Made by a program: the position numbers and the translations under genes. 64,000 nt of DNA, from contig OZ024744.1 of assembly GCA_964016885.1 (NCBI GenBank), positions 23,374,001 through 23,438,000 on the forward strand, given 5' to 3'. This document shows, piece by piece, positions 12,201-27,600 of this stretch. How positions within the stretch are numbered: position 1 is the stretch's first letter; every line of letters begins with the position of its first letter. The DNA is from Eledone cirrhosa (taxonomy: Eukaryota). Below the pieces are notes generated by a model that did no database searches, had not been told where the DNA came from, and saw only the letters and a program-made list of their open reading frames with translations.

Positions 12201-15200
12201 TTTTAACAACAGCTGAATCTTAAGATAAAACTCGTTTTAACAACAGTTGAATCTTAATAACTGACTCGTTTTATCAACAGTTCAACCTTAAGCACTGACT
12301 CGTTTTAACAACAGTTGAATCTTCAAATAAAACTCGTTTTAACAACAGTTGATTCTTCAGAACTGACTCGTTTTAACAACAGTTGAATCTTAAGATAAAA
12401 CTCGTTTTAACAACAGTTGAATCTTAAGAACTGACTCATTCTAACAACAGCTGAATCTTTAGATAAAACTCGTTTTAACAACAGTTGAATCTTCAGAACT
12501 GACTCGTTTTATCAACAGTTCAACCTTAAGAACTGACTCGTTTTAACAACAGTTGAATCCTCAAATAAAACTCGTTTTAACAAAAGTTGAATCTTAAGAA
12601 CTGACTCGTTTTAACAACAGTTGAATCTTAAGATAAAACTCGTTTTAACAACAGTTGAATCTTAAGAACTGACTCATTTTAACAACAGTTGAATCTTAAG
12701 AACTGATTCGTTTTAACAACAGTTGAATCTTCAGATAAAACTCGTTTTAACTACAGTTGAATCTTAAGAACTGACTAGTTTTAACAACAGTTGAATCTTA
12801 AGATAAAACTCGTTTTAACAACAGTTGAATCTTAAGAACTGGCTCATTTTAACAACGGTTGAATCTTAAGAACTGGCTCATTTTAACAACAGTTGAATCT
12901 TAAGAACTGACTCGTTTTAACAACGGCTGAATTTTAAGATAAACTCGTTTTAACAACAGTTGAATCTTAAGAACTGACTCGTTTTAACAACAGCTAAATC
13001 TTAAGATAAAACTCGTTTTAACAACAGTTGAATCTTAAGAACTGACTCGTTTTATCAACAGTTCAACCTTAAGAACTGACTCATCTTAACAACAGTTGAA
13101 TCTTCAAATAAAACTCGTTTTAACAACAGTTGAATCTTAAGAACTGATTCGTTTTAACAACAGCTGAATCTTAAGATAAAACTCGTTTTAACAACAGTTG
13201 AATCTTAAGATAAAATTCGTATTAACAACAGTTGAATCTTAAGAACTGACTCGTTTTAACAACAGATGAATCTTAAGATAATACTCGTTTTAACAACAGT
13301 TGAATCTTAAGAACTGACTCGTTTTATCAACAGTTCAACCTTAAGCACTGACTCGTTTTAACAACAGTTGAATCTTCAAATAAAACTCGTTTTAACAACA
13401 GTTGATTCTTCAGAACTGACTCGTTTTAACAACAGATGAATCTTAAGATAAAACTCGTTTTAACAACAGTTGAATCTTAAGAACTGACTCATTTTAACAA
13501 CAGCTGAATCTGTAGATAAAACTCGTTTTAACAACAGTTGAATCTTAAGAACTGACTCGTTTTATCAACAGTTCAACCTTAAGAACTGACTCGTTTTAAC
13601 AACAGTTGAATCCTCGAATAAAACTCGTTTTAACAACAGTTGAATCTTAAGAACTGACTCATTTTAACAACAGTTGAATCTTAAGATAAAACTCGTTTTA
13701 ACAACAGTTGAATCTTAAGAACTGACTCGTTTTAACAACGGCTGAATTTTAAGATAAACTCGTTTTAACAACAGTTGAATCTTAAGAACTGACTCGTTTT
13801 AACAACAGCTAAATCTTAAGATAAAACTCGTTTTAACAACAGTTGAATCTTAAGAACTGACTCGTTTTATCAACAGTTCAACCTTAAGAACTGACTCATC
13901 TTAACAACAGTTGAATCTTCAAATAAAATTCGTTTTAACAACAGTTGAATCTTAAGAACTGACTCGTTTTAACAACAGTTGAATCTTAAGATAAAACTCG
14001 TTTTAACAACAGTTGAATCTTAAGAACTGACTCATTTTAACAACAGCTGAATCTTAAGATAAAACTCGTTTTAACAACAGTTGAATTTTAAGATAAAATT
14101 CGTTTTAACAACAGTTGAATCTTAAGAACTGACTCGTTTTAACAACAGCTGAATCTTAAGATAAAACTCGTTTTAACAACAGTTGAATCTTAAGAACTGA
14201 CTCGTTTTATCAACAGTTCAACCTTAAGCACTGACTCGTTTTAACAACAGTTGAATCTTCAAATAAAACTCGTTTTAACAACAGTTGATTCTTCAGAACT
14301 GACTCGTTTTAACAACAGTTGAATCTTAAGATAAAACTCGTTTTAACAACAGTTGAATCTTAAGAACTGACTCGTTTTAACAACGGCTGAATTTTAAGAT
14401 AAACTCGTTTTAACAACAGTTGAATCTTAAGAACTGACTCGTTTTAACAACAGCTAAATCTTAAGATAAAACTCGTTTTAACAACAGTTGAATCTTAAGG
14501 TAAAATTCGTTTTAACAACAGTTGAATCTTAAGAACTGACTCGTTTTAACAACAGCTGAATCCGCAAATAAAACTCGTTTTAACAACAGTTGAATCTTAA
14601 GAACTGACTCGTTTTAACAACAGTTGAATCTTAAGATAAAACTGGTTTTAACAACAGTTGAATTTTAAGAACTGACTCATTTTAACAACAGTTGAATCTT
14701 AAGAACTGATTCGTTTTAACAACAGTTGAATCTTCAGATAAAACTCGTTTTAACTACAGTTGAATCTTAAGAACTGACTAGTTTTAACAACAGTTGAATC
14801 TTAAGATAAAACTCGTTTTTACAACAGTTGAATCTTAAGAACTGACTCGTTTTAACAACAGTTGAATCTTAAGAACTGATTCGTTTTAACAACAGCTGAA
14901 TCTTAAGATAAAACTCGTTTTACAACAGTTGAATCTTAAGAACTGACTCGTTTTATCAACAGTTCAACCTTAAAGAACTGACTCATCTTAACAACAGTTG
15001 AATCTTCAAATAAAACTCGTTTTAACAACAGTTGAATCTTAAGAACTGATTCGTTTTAACAACAGCTGAATCTTAAGATAAAACTCGTTTTAACAACAGT
15101 TGAATCTTAAGAACTGACTCGTTTTAACAACGGCTGAATTTTAAGATAAACTCGTTTTAACAACAGTTGAATCTTAAGAACTGACTCGTTTTAACAACAG

Positions 15201-17400
15201 CTAAATCTTAAGATAAAACTCGTTTTAACAACAGTTGAATCTTAAGAACTGACTCGTTTTATCAACAGTTCAACCTTAAGAACTGACTCATCTTAACAAC
15301 AGTTGAATCTTCAAATAAAATTCGTTTTAACAACAGTTGAATCTTAAGAACTGATTCGTTTTAACAACAGCTGAATCTTAAGATAAAACTCGTTTTAACA
15401 ACAGTTGAATCTTAAGGTAAAATTCGTTTTAACAACAGTTGAATCTTAAGAACTGACTCGTTTTAACAACAGTTGAATCTTGAGATAAAACTCGTTTTAA
15501 CAACAGTTGAATCTTAAGAACTGACTCATTTTAACAACAGTTGAATCTTAAGATAAAACTCGTTTTAACAACAGTTGAATCTTAAGAACTGACTCGTTTT
15601 AACAACAGCCGAATCTTAAGATAAAACTCGTTTTACAACAGTTGAATCTTAAGAACTGACTCGTTTTATCAACAGTTCAACCTTAAGAACTGACTCATCT
15701 TAACAACAGTTGAATCTTCAAATAAAACTCGTTTTAACAACAGTTGAATCTTAAGAACTGATTCGTTTTAACAACAAGTGAATCTTAAGATAAAACTCGT
15801 TTTAACAACAGTTGAATCTTAAGATAAAATTCGTATTAACAACAGTTGAATCTTAAGAACTGACTCGTTTTAACAACAGATGAATCTTAAGATAAAACTC
15901 GTTTTAACAACAGTTTAATCTTAAGAACTGACTCGTTTTATCAACAGTTCAACCTTAAGCACTGACTCGTTTTAACAACAGTTGAATCTTCAAATAAAAC
16001 TCGTTTTAACAACAGTTGATTCTTCAGAACTGACTCGTTTTAACAACAGATGAATCTTAAGATAAAACTCGTTTTAACAACAGTTGAATCTGAAGAACTG
16101 ACTCATTTTAACAACAGCTGAATCTGTAGATAAAACTCGTTTTAACAACAGTTGAATCTTAAGAACTGACTCGTTTTATCAACAGTTCAACCTTAAGAAC
16201 TGACTCGTTTTAACAACAGTTGAATACTCAAATAAAACTCGTTTTAACAACAGTTGAATCTTAAGAACTGACTCATTTTAACAACAGTTGAATCTTAAGA
16301 ACTGACTCGTTTTAACAACGGCTGAATTTTAAGATAAACTCGTTTTAACAACAGTTGAATCTTAAGAACTGACTCGTTTTAACAACAGCTAAATCTTAAG
16401 ATAAAACTCGTTTTAACAACAGTTGAATCTTAAGAACTGACTCGTTTTATCAACAGTTCAACCTTAAGAACTGACTCATCTTAACAACAGTTGAATCTTC
16501 AAATAAAATTCGTTTTAACAACAGTTGAATCTTAAGAACTGACTCGTTTTAACAACAGTTGAATCTTAAGATAAAACTCGTTTTAACAACAGTTGAATCT
16601 TAAGAACTGACTCATTTTAACAACAGCTGAATCTTAAGATAAAACTCGTTTTAACAACAGTTGAATTTTAAGATAAAATTCGTTTTAACAACAGTTGAAT
16701 CTTAAGAACTGACTCGTTTTAACAACAGCTGAATCTTAAGATAAAACTCGTTTTAACAACAGTTGAATCTTAATAACTGACTCGTTTTATCAACAGTTCA
16801 ACCTTAAGCACTGACTCGTTTTAACAACAGTTGAATCTTCAAATAAAACTCGTTTTAACAACAGTTGATTCTTCAGAACTGACTCGTTTTAACAACAGTT
16901 GAATCTTAAGATAAAACTCGTTTTAACAACAGTTGAATCTTAAGAACTGACTCATTCTAACAACAGCTGAATCTTTAGATAAAACTCGTTTTAACAACAG
17001 TTGAATCTTCAGAACTGACTCGTTTTATCAACAGTTCAACCTTAAGAACTGACTCGTTTTAACAACAGTTGAATCCTCAAATAAAACTCGTTTTAACAAA
17101 AGTTGAATCTTAAGAACTGACTCGTTTTAACAACAGTTGAATCTTAAGATAAAACTCGTTTTAACAACAGTTGAATCTTAAGAACTGACTCATTTTAACA
17201 ACAGTTGAATCTTAAGAACTGATTCGTTTTAACAACAGTTGAATCTTCAGATAAAACTCGTTTTAACTACAGTTGAATCTTAAGAACTGACTAGTTTTAA
17301 CAACAGTTGAATCTTAAGATAAAACTCGTTTTAACAACAGTTGAATCTTAAGAACTGGCTCATTTTAACAACGGTTGAATCTTAAGAACTGGCTCATTTT
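9270..17400. repeat. Block duplication ~9270-12900 / ~13790-17400 (offset 4516 bp); an earlier related copy lies 5738 bp upstream of the first
   Basis: TGAGATAA at 5227/10965/15481; CAAGTG at 5521/11259/15775; 35-bp monomer variant at 4721/10459/14975. Confidence 0.85.
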
Positions 17401-20204
17401 AACAACAGTTGAATCTTAAGAACTTATTCGTTTTAACAACAGTTGAATCTTAAGATAAAACTCGTTTTAACAACAGTTGAATCTTAAGAACTGACTCGTT
17501 TTAACAACAGCTGAATCTTAAGATAAAACTCGTTTTACAACAGTTGAATCTTAAGAACTGACTCGTTTTATCAACAGTTCAACCTTAAGAACTGACTCAT
17601 CTTAACAACAGTTGAATCTTCAAATAAAACTCGTTTTAACAACAGTTGAATCTTAAGAACTGATTCGTTTTAACAACAGCTGAATCTTAAGATAAAACTC
17701 GTTTTAACAACAGTTGAATCTTAAGATAAAATTCGTTTTAAAAACAGTTGAATCTTAAGAACTGACTCGTTTTAACAACAGCTGAATCTTAAGATAAAAC
17801 TCGTTTTAACAACAGTTGAATCTTAAGAACTGACTCGTTTTATCAACAGTTCAGCCTTAAGCACTGACTCGTTTTAACAACAGTTGCATCTTCAAATAAA
17901 ACTCGTTTTAACAACAGTTGATTCTTCAGAACTGACTCGTTTTAACAACAGTTGAATCTTAAGATAAAACTCGTTTTAACAACAGTTGAATCTTAAGAAC
18001 TGACTCGTTTTAACAACAGCTGAATCTTAAGATAAAACTCGTTTTACAACAGTTGAATCTTAAGAACTGACTCGTTTTATCAACAGTTCAACCTTAAGAA
18101 CTGACTCATCTTAACAACAGTTGAATCTTCAAATAAAACTCGTTTTAACAACAGCTGAATCTTAAGATAAAACTCGTTTTAACAACAGTTGAATCTTAAG
18201 ATAAAATTCGTTTTAAAAACAGTTGAATCTTAAGAACTGACTCGTTTTAACAACAGCTGAATCTTAAGATAAAACTCGTTTTAACAACAGTTGAATCTTA
18301 AGAACTGACTCGTTTTATCAACAGTTCAACCTTAAGAACTGACTCATCTTAACAACAGTTGAATCTTCAAATAAAATTCGTTTTAACAACAGTTGAATCT
18401 TAAGAACTGACTCGTTTTAACAACAGTTGAATCTTAAGATAAAACTCGTTTTAACAACAGTTGAATCTTAAGAACTGACTCATTTTAACAACAGCTGAAT
18501 CTTAAGATAAAACTCGTTTTAACAACAGTTGAATTTTAAGATAAAATTCGTTTTAACAACAGTTGAATCTTAAGAACTGACTCGTTTTAACAACAGCTGA
18601 ATCTTAAGATAAAACTCGTTTTAACAACAGTTGAATCTTAATAACTGACTCGTTTTATCAACAGTTCAACCTTAAGCACTGACTCGTTTTAACAACAGTT
18701 GAATCTTCAAATAAAACTCGTTTTAACAACAGTTGATTCTTCAGAACTGACTCGTTTTAACAACAGTTGAATCTTAAGATAAAACTCGTTTTAACAACAG
18801 TTGAATCTTAAGAACTGACTCATTCTAACAACAGCTGAATCTTTAGATAAAACTCGTTTTAACAACAGTTGAATCTTCAGAACTGACTCGTTTTATCAAC
18901 AGTTCAACCTTAAGAACTGACTCGTTTTAACAACAGTTGAATCCTCAAATAAAACTCGTTTTAACAAAAGTTGAATCTTAAGAACTGACTCGTTTTAACA
19001 ACAGTTGAATCTTAAGATAAAACTCGTTTTAACAACAGTTGAATCTTAAGAACTGACTCATTTTAACAACAGTTGAATCTTAAGAACTGATTCGTTTTAA
19101 CAACAGTTGAATCTTCAGATAAAACTCGTTTTAACTACAGTTGAATCTTAAGAACTGACTAGTTTTAACAACAGTTGAATCTTAAGATAAAACTCGTTTT
19201 AACAACAGTTGAATCTTAAGAACTGGCTCATTTTAACAACGGTTGAATCTTAAGAACTGGCTCATTTTAACAACAGTTGAATCTTAAGAACTTATTCGTT
19301 TTAACAACAGTTGAATCTTAAGATAAAACTCGTTTTAACAACAGTTGAATCTTAAGAACTGACTCGTTTTAACAACAGCTGAATCTTAAGATAAAACTCG
19401 TTTTACAACAGTTGAATCTTAAGAACTGACTCGTTTTATCAACAGTTCAACCTTAAGAACTGACTCATCTTAACAACAGTTGAATCTTCAAATAAAACTC
19501 GTTTTAACAACAGTTGAATCTTAAGAACTGATTCGTTTTAACAACAGCTGAATCTTAAGATAAAACTCGTTTTAACAACAGTTGAATCTTAAGATAAAAT
19601 TCGTTTTAAAAACAGTTGAATCTTAAGAACTGACTCGTTTTAACAACAGCTGAATCTTAAGATAAAACTCGTTTTAACAACAGTTGAATCTTAAGAACTG
19701 ACTCGTTTTATCAACAGTTCAGCCTTAAGCACTGACTCGTTTTAACAACAGTTGCATCTTCAAATAAAACTCGTTTTAACAACAGTTGATTCTTCAGAAC
19801 TGACTCGTTTTAACAACAGTTGAATCTTAAGATAAAACTCGTTTTAACAACAGTTGAATCTTAAGAACTGACTCGTTTTAACAACAGCTGAATCTTAAGA
19901 TAAAACTCGTTTTACAACAGTTGAATCTTAAGAACTGACTCGTTTTATCAACAGTTCAACCTTAAGAACTGACTCATCTTAACAACAGTTGAATCTTCAA
20001 ATAAAACTCGTTTTAACAACAGCTGAATCTTAAGATAAAACTCGTTTTAACAACAGTTGAATCTTAAGATAAAATTCGTTTTAAAAACAGTTGAATCTTA
20101 AGAACTGACTCGTTTTAACAACAGCTGAATCTTAAGATAAAACTCGTTTTAACAACAGTTGAATCTTAAGAACTGACTCGTTTTATCAACAGTTCAACCT
20201 TAAG
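16392..20204. repeat. Direct tandem duplication, period 1868 bp (55 monomers)
   Basis: CATTCTAA at 16953/18821, TCAGCCTT at 17851/19719, GCATCTTC at 17886/19754. Confidence 0.9.
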
Positions 20205-23200
20205 CACTGACTCGTTTTAACAACAGTTGCATCTTCAAATAAAACTCGTTTTAACAACAGTTGATTCTTCAGAACTGACTCGTTTTAACAACAGTTGAAT
20301 CTTAAGATAAAACTCGTTTTAACAACAGTTGAATCTTAAGAACTGACTCATTTTAACAACAGCTGAATCTCTAGATAAAACTCGTTTTAACAACAGTTTA
20401 ATATTAAGAACTGACTCGTTTTATCAACAGTTCAACCTTAAGAACTGACTCGTTTTAACAACAGTTGAATCCTCAAATAAAACTCGTTTTAACAACAGTT
20501 GAATCTTAAGAACTGACTCATTTTAACAACAGTTGAATCTTAAGATAAAACTCGTTTTAACAACAGTTGAATCTTAAGAACTGACTCGTTTTAACAACGG
20601 CTGAATTTTAAGATAAACTCGTTTTAACAACAGTTGAATCTTAAGAACTGACTCGTTTTAACAACAGCTAAATCTTAAGATAAAACTCGTTTTAACAACA
20701 GTTGAATCTTAAGAACTGACTCGTTTTATCAACAGTTCAACCTTAAGAACTGACTCATCTTAACAACAGTTGAATCTTCAAATAAAATTCGTTTTAACAA
20801 CAGTTGAATCTTAAGAACTGATTCGTTTTAACAACAGCTGAATCTTAAGATAAATCTCGTTTTAACAACAGTTGAATCTTAAGGTAAAATTCGTTTTAAC
20901 AACAGTTGAATCTTAAGAACTGACTCGTTTTAACAACAGTTGAATCTTAAGATAAAACTCGTTTTAACAACAGTTGAATCTTAAGAACTGACTCATTTTA
21001 ACAACAGTTGCATCTTAAGATAAAACTCGTTTTAACAACAGTTGAATCTTAAGAACTGACTCGTTTTAACAACAGCTGAATCTTAAGATAAAACTCGTTT
21101 TACAACAGTTGAATCTTAAGAACTGACTCGTTTTATCAACAGTTCAACCTTAAGAACTGACTCATCTTAACAACAGTTGAATCTTCAAATAAAACTCGTT
21201 TTAACAACAGTTGAATCTTAAGAACTGATTCGTTTTAACAACAAGTGAATCTTAAGATAAAACTCGTTTTAACAACAGTTGAATCTTAAGATAAAATTCG
21301 TATTAACAACAGTTGAATCTTAAGAACTGACTCGTTTTAACAACAGATGAATATTAAGATAAAACTCGTTTTAACAACAGTTTAATCTTAAGAACTGACT
21401 CGTTTTATCAACAGTTCAACCTTAAGCACTGACTCGTTTTAACAACAGTTGAATCTTCAAATAAAACTCGTTTTAACAACAGTTGATTCTTCAGAACTGA
21501 CTCGTTTTAACAACAGATGAATCTTAAGATAAAACTCGTTTTAACAACAGTTGAATCTGAAGAACTGACTCATTTTAACAACAGCTGAATCTGTAGATAA
21601 AACTCGTTTTAACAACAGTTGAATCTTAAGAACTGACTCGTTTTATCAACAGTTCAACCTTAAGAACTGACTCGTTTTAACAACAGTTGAATACTCAAAT
21701 AAAACTCGTTTTAACAACAGTTGAATCTTAAGAACTGACTCATTTTAACAACAGTTGAATCTTAAGAACTGACTCGTTTTAACAACGGCTGAATTTTAAG
21801 ATAAACTCGTTTTAACAACAGTTGAATCTTAAGAACTGACTCGTTTTAACAACAGCTAAATCTTAAGATAAAACTCGTTTTAACAACAGTTGAATCTTAA
21901 GAACTGACTCGTTTTATCAACAGTTCAACCTTAAGAACTGACTCATCTTAACAACAGTTGAATCTTCAAATAAAATTCGTTTTAACAACAGTTGAATCTT
22001 AAGAACTGACTCGTTTTAACAACAGTTGAATCTTAAGATAAAACTCGTTTTAACAACAGTTGAATCTTAAGAACTGACTCATTTTAACAACAGCTGAATC
22101 TTAAGATAAAACTCGTTTTAACAACAGTTGAATCTTAAGATAAAATTCGTTTTAACAACAGTTGAATCTTAAGAACTGACTCGTTTTAACAACAGCTGAA
22201 TCTTAAGATAAAACTCGTTTTAACAACAGTTGAATCTTAATAACTGACTCGTTTTATCAACAGTTCAACCTTAAGCACTGACTCGTTTTAACAACAGTTG
22301 AATCTTCAAATAAAACTCGTTTTAACAACAGTTGATTCTTCAGAACTGACTCGTTTTAACAACAGTTGAATCTTAAGATAAAACTCGTTTTAACAACAGT
22401 TGAATCTTAAGAACTGACTCATTCTAACAACAGCTGAATCTTTAGATAAAACTCGTTTTAACAACAGTTGAATCTTCAGAACTGACTCGTTTTATCAACA
22501 GTTCAACCTTAAGAACTGACTCGTGTTAACAACAGTTGAATCCTCAAATAAAACTCGTTTTAACAAAAGTTGAATCTTAAGAACTGACTCGTTTTAACAA
22601 CAGTTGAATCTTAAGATAAAACTCGTTTTAACAACAGTTGAATCTTAAGAACTGACTCATTTTAACAACAGTTGAATCTTAAGAACTGATTCGTTTTAAC
22701 AACAGTTGAATCTTCAGATAAAACTCGTTTTAACTACAGTTGAATCTTAAGAACTGACTAGTTTTAACAACAGTTGAATCTTAAGATAAAACTCGTTTTA
22801 ACAACAGTTGAATCTTAAGAACTGGCTCATTTTAACAACGGTTGAATCTTAAGAACTGGCTCATTTTAACAACAGTTGAATCTTAAGAACTTATTCGTTT
22901 TAACAACAGTTGAATCTTAAGATAAAACTCGTTTTAACAACAGTTGAATCTTAAGAACTGACTCGTTTTAACAACAGCTGAATCTTAAGATAAAACTCGT
23001 TTTACAACAGTTGAATCTTAAGAACTGACTCGTTTTATCAACAGTTCAACCTTAAGAACTGACTCATCTTAACAACAGTTGAATCTTCAAATAAAACTCG
23101 TTTTAACAACAGTTGAATCTTAAGAACTGATTCGTTTTAACAACAACTGAATCTTAAGATAAAACTCGTTTTAACAACAGTTGAATCTTAAGATAAAATT

Positions 23201-24660
23201 CGTTTTAAAAACAGTTGAATCTTAAGAACTGACTCGTTTTAACAACAGCTGAATCTTAAGATAAAACTCGTTTTAACAACAGTTGAATCTTAAGAACTGA
23301 CTCGTTTTATCAACAGTTCAGCCTTAAGCACTGACTCGTTTTAACAACAGTTGCATCTTCAAATAAAACTCGTTTTAACAACAGTTAATTCTTCAGAACT
23401 GACTCGTTTTAACAACAGTTGAATCTTAAGATAAAACTCGTTTTAACAACAGTTGAATCTTAAGAACTGACTCGTTTTAACAACAGCTGAATCTTAAGAT
23501 AAAACTCGTTTTACAACAGTTGAATCTTAAGAACTGACTCGTTTTATCAACAGTTCAACCTTAAGAACTGACTCATCTTAACAACAGTTGAATCTTCAAA
23601 TAAAACTCGTTTTAACAACAGCTGAATCTTAAGATAAAACTCGTTTTAACAACAGTTGAATCTTAAGATAAAATTCGTTTTAAAAACAGTTGAATCTTAA
23701 GAACTGACTCGTTTTAACAACAGCTGAATCTTAAGATAAAACTCGTTTTAACAACAGTTGAATCTTAAGAACTGACTCGTTTTATCAACAGTTCAACCTT
23801 AAGCACTGACTCGTTTTAACAACAGTTGCATCTTCAAATAAAACTCGTTTTAACAACAGTTGATTCTTCAGAACTGACTCGTTTTAACAACAGTTGAATC
23901 TTAAGATAAAACTCGTTTTAACAACAGTTGAATCTTAAGAACTGACTCATTTTAACAACAGCTGAATCTCTAGATAAAACTCGTTTTAACAACAGTTTAA
24001 TATTAAGAACTGACTCGTTTTATCAACAGTTCAACCTTAAGAACTGACTCGTTTTAACAACAGTTGAATCCTCAAATAAAACTCGTTTTAACAACAGTTG
24101 AATCTTAAGAACTGACTCATTTTAACAACAGTTGAATCTTAAGATAAAACTCGTTTTAACAACAGTTGAATCTTAAGAACTGACTCGTTTTAACAACGGC
24201 TGAATTTTAAGATAAACTCGTTTTAACAACAGTTGAATCTTAAGAACTGACTCGTTTTAACAACAGCTAAATCTTAAGATAAAACTCGTTTTAACAACAG
24301 TTGAATCTTAAGAACTGACTCGTTTTATCAACAGTTCAACCTTAAGAACTGACTCATCTTAACAACAGTTGAATCTTCAAATAAAATTCGTTTTAACAAC
24401 AGTTGAATCTTAAGAACTGATTCGTTTTAACAACAGCTGAATCTTAAGATAAATCTCGTTTTAACAACAGTTGAATCTTAAGGTAAAATTCGTTTTAACA
24501 ACAGTTGAATCTTAAGAACTGACTCGTTTTAACAACAGTTGAATCTTAAGATAAAACTCGTTTTAACAACAGTTGAATCTTAAGAACTGACTCATTTTAA
24601 CAACAGTTGCATCTTAAGATAAAACTCGTTTTAACAACAGTTGAATCTTAAGAACTGACT
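18260..24660. repeat. Block duplication ~18260-21060 / ~21860-24660 (offset 3599 bp, 106 monomers)
   Basis: TTTAATATTAAG at 20397/23996; GTTGCATCTTAAG variant C at 21011/24610. Confidence 0.85.
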
Positions 24661-27600
24661 CGTTTTATCAACAGTTCAACCTTAAGCACTGACTCGTTTT
24701 AACAACAGTTGAATCTTCAAATAAAACTCGTTTTAACAACAGTTGATTCTTCAGAACTGACTCGTTTTAACAACAGTTGAATCTTAAGATAAAACTCGTT
24801 TTAACAACAGTTAAATCTTAAGAACTGACTCATTTTAACAACAGCTGAATCTTTAGATAAAACTCGTTTTAACAACAGTTGAATCTTGAGAACTGACTCG
24901 TTTTATCAACAGTTCAACCTTAAGAACTGACTCGTTTTAACAACAGTTGAATCCTCAAATAAAACTCGTTTTAACAACAGTTGAATCTTAAGAACTGACT
25001 CATTTTAACAACAGTTGAATCTTAAGATAAAACTCGTTTTAACAAGAGTTGAATCTTAAGAACTGACTCGTTTTAACAACGGCTGAATTTTAAGATAAAC
25101 TCGTTTTAACAACAGTTGAATCTTAAGAACTGACTCGTTTTAACAACAGCTAAATCTTAAGATAAAACTCGTTTTAACAACAGTTGAATCTTAAGAACTG
25201 ACTCGTTTTATCAACAGTTCAACCTTAAGAACTGACTCATCTTAACAACAGTTGAATCTTCAAATAAAATTCGTTTTAACAACAATTGAATCTTAAGAAC
25301 TGACTCGTTTTAACAACAGTTGAATCTTAAGATAAAACTCGTTTTAACAACAGTTGAATCTTAAGAACTGACTCATTTTAACAACAGCTGAATCTTAAGA
25401 TAAAACACGTTTTAACAACAGTTGAATCTTAAGATAAAATTCGTTTTAACAACAGTTGAATCTTAAGAACTGACTCGTTTTAACAACAGCTGAATCTTAA
25501 GATAAAACTCGTTTTAACAACAGTTGAATCTTCAAATAAAACTCGTTTTAACAACAGTTGATTCTTCAGAACTGACTCGTTTTAACAACAGTTGAATCTT
25601 AAGATAAAACTCGTTTTAACAACAGTTGAATCTTAAAAACTGACTCATATTAACAACAGCTGAATCTTTAGATAAATCTCGTTTTAACAACAGTTGAATC
25701 TTAAGAACTGACTTGTTTTAACAACAGTTGAATCTTAAGATAAAACTCGTTTTAACAACAGTTGAATCTTAAGAACTGACTCATTTTAACAACAGTTGAA
25801 TCTTAAGAACTGATTCGTTTTAACAACAGTTGAATCTTCAGATAAAACTCGTTTTAACTACAGTTGAATCTTAAGAACTGACTAGTTTTAACAACAGTTG
25901 AATCTTAAGATAAAACTCGTTTTAATAACAGTTGAATCTTAAGAACTGGCTCATTTTAACAACAGTTGAATCTTAAGAACTGATTCGTTTTAACAACAGT
26001 TGAATCTTAAGATAAAACTCGTTTTAACAACAGTTGAATCTTAAGAACTGACTCGTTTTAACAACAGCTGAATCTTAAGATAAAACTCGTTTTACAACAG
26101 TTGAATATTAAGAACTGACTCGTTTTATCAACAGTTCAACCTTAAGAACTGACTCGTTTTAACAACAGTTGAATCCTCAAATAAAACTCTTTTTAACAAC
26201 AGTTGAATCTTAAGAACTGACTCATTTTAACAACAGTTGAATCTTAAGATAAAACTCGTTTTAACAACAGTTGAATCTTAAGAACTGACTTGTTTTAACA
26301 ACGGCTGAATTTTAAGATAAACTCGTTTTAACAACAGTTGAATCTTAAGAACTGACTCGTTTTAACAACAGCTAAATCTTAAGATAAAACTCGTTTTAAC
26401 AACAGTTGAATCTTAAGGTAAAATTCGTTTTAACAACAGTTGAATCTTAAGAACTGACTCGTTTTAACAACAGCTGAATCCTCAAATAAAACTCGTTTTA
26501 ACAACAGTTGAATCTTAAGAACTGACTAGTTTTAACAACAGTTGAATCTTAAGATAAAACTCGTTTTTACAACAGTTGAATCTTAAGAACTGACTCGTTT
26601 TAACAACAGTTGAATCTTAAGAACTGATTCGTTTTAACAACAGTTGAATCTTAAGATAAAACTCGTTTTAACAACAGTTGAATCTTAAGAACTGATTCGT
26701 TTTAACAACAGCTGAATCTTAAGATAAAACTCGTTTTACAACAGTTGAATCTTAAGAACTGACTCGTTTTATCAACAGTTCAACCTTAAGAACTGACTCA
26801 TCTTAACAACAGTTGAATCTTCAAATAAAACTCGTTTTAACAACAGTTGAATCTTAAGAACTGATTCGTTTTAACAACAGCTGAATCTTAAGATAAAACT
26901 CGTTTTAACAACAGTTGAATCTTAAGAACTGACTCGTTTTAACAACGGCTGAATTTTAAGATAAACTCGTTTTCACAACAGTTGAATCTTAAGAACTGAC
27001 TCGTTTTAACAACAGCTAAATCTTAAGATAAAACTCGTTTTAACAACAGTTGAATCTTAAGAACTGACTCGTTTTATCAACAGTTCAACCTTAAGAACTG
27101 ACTCATCTTAACAACAGTTGAATCTTCAAATAAAATTGGTTTTAACAACAGTTGAATCTTAAGAACTGATTCGTTTTAACAACAGCTGAATCTTAAGATA
27201 AAACTCGTTTTAACAACAGTTGAATCTTAAGGTAAAATTCGTTTTAACAACAGTTGAATCTTAAGAACTGACTCGTTTTAACAACAGTTGAATCTTAAGA
27301 TAAAACTCCTTTTAACAACAGTTGAATCTTAAGAACTGACTCATTTTAACAACAGTTGAATCTTAAGATAAAACTCGTTTTAACAACAGTTGAATCTTAA
27401 GAACTGACTCGTTTTAACAACAGCTGAATCTTAAGATAAAACTCGTTTTACAACAGTTGAATCTTAAGAACTGACTCGTTTTATCAACAGTTCAACCTTA
27501 AGAACTGACTCATCTTAACAACAGTTGAATCTTCAAATAAAACTCGTTTTAACAACAGTTGAATCTTAATAACTGATTCGTTTTAACAACAGCTGAATCT

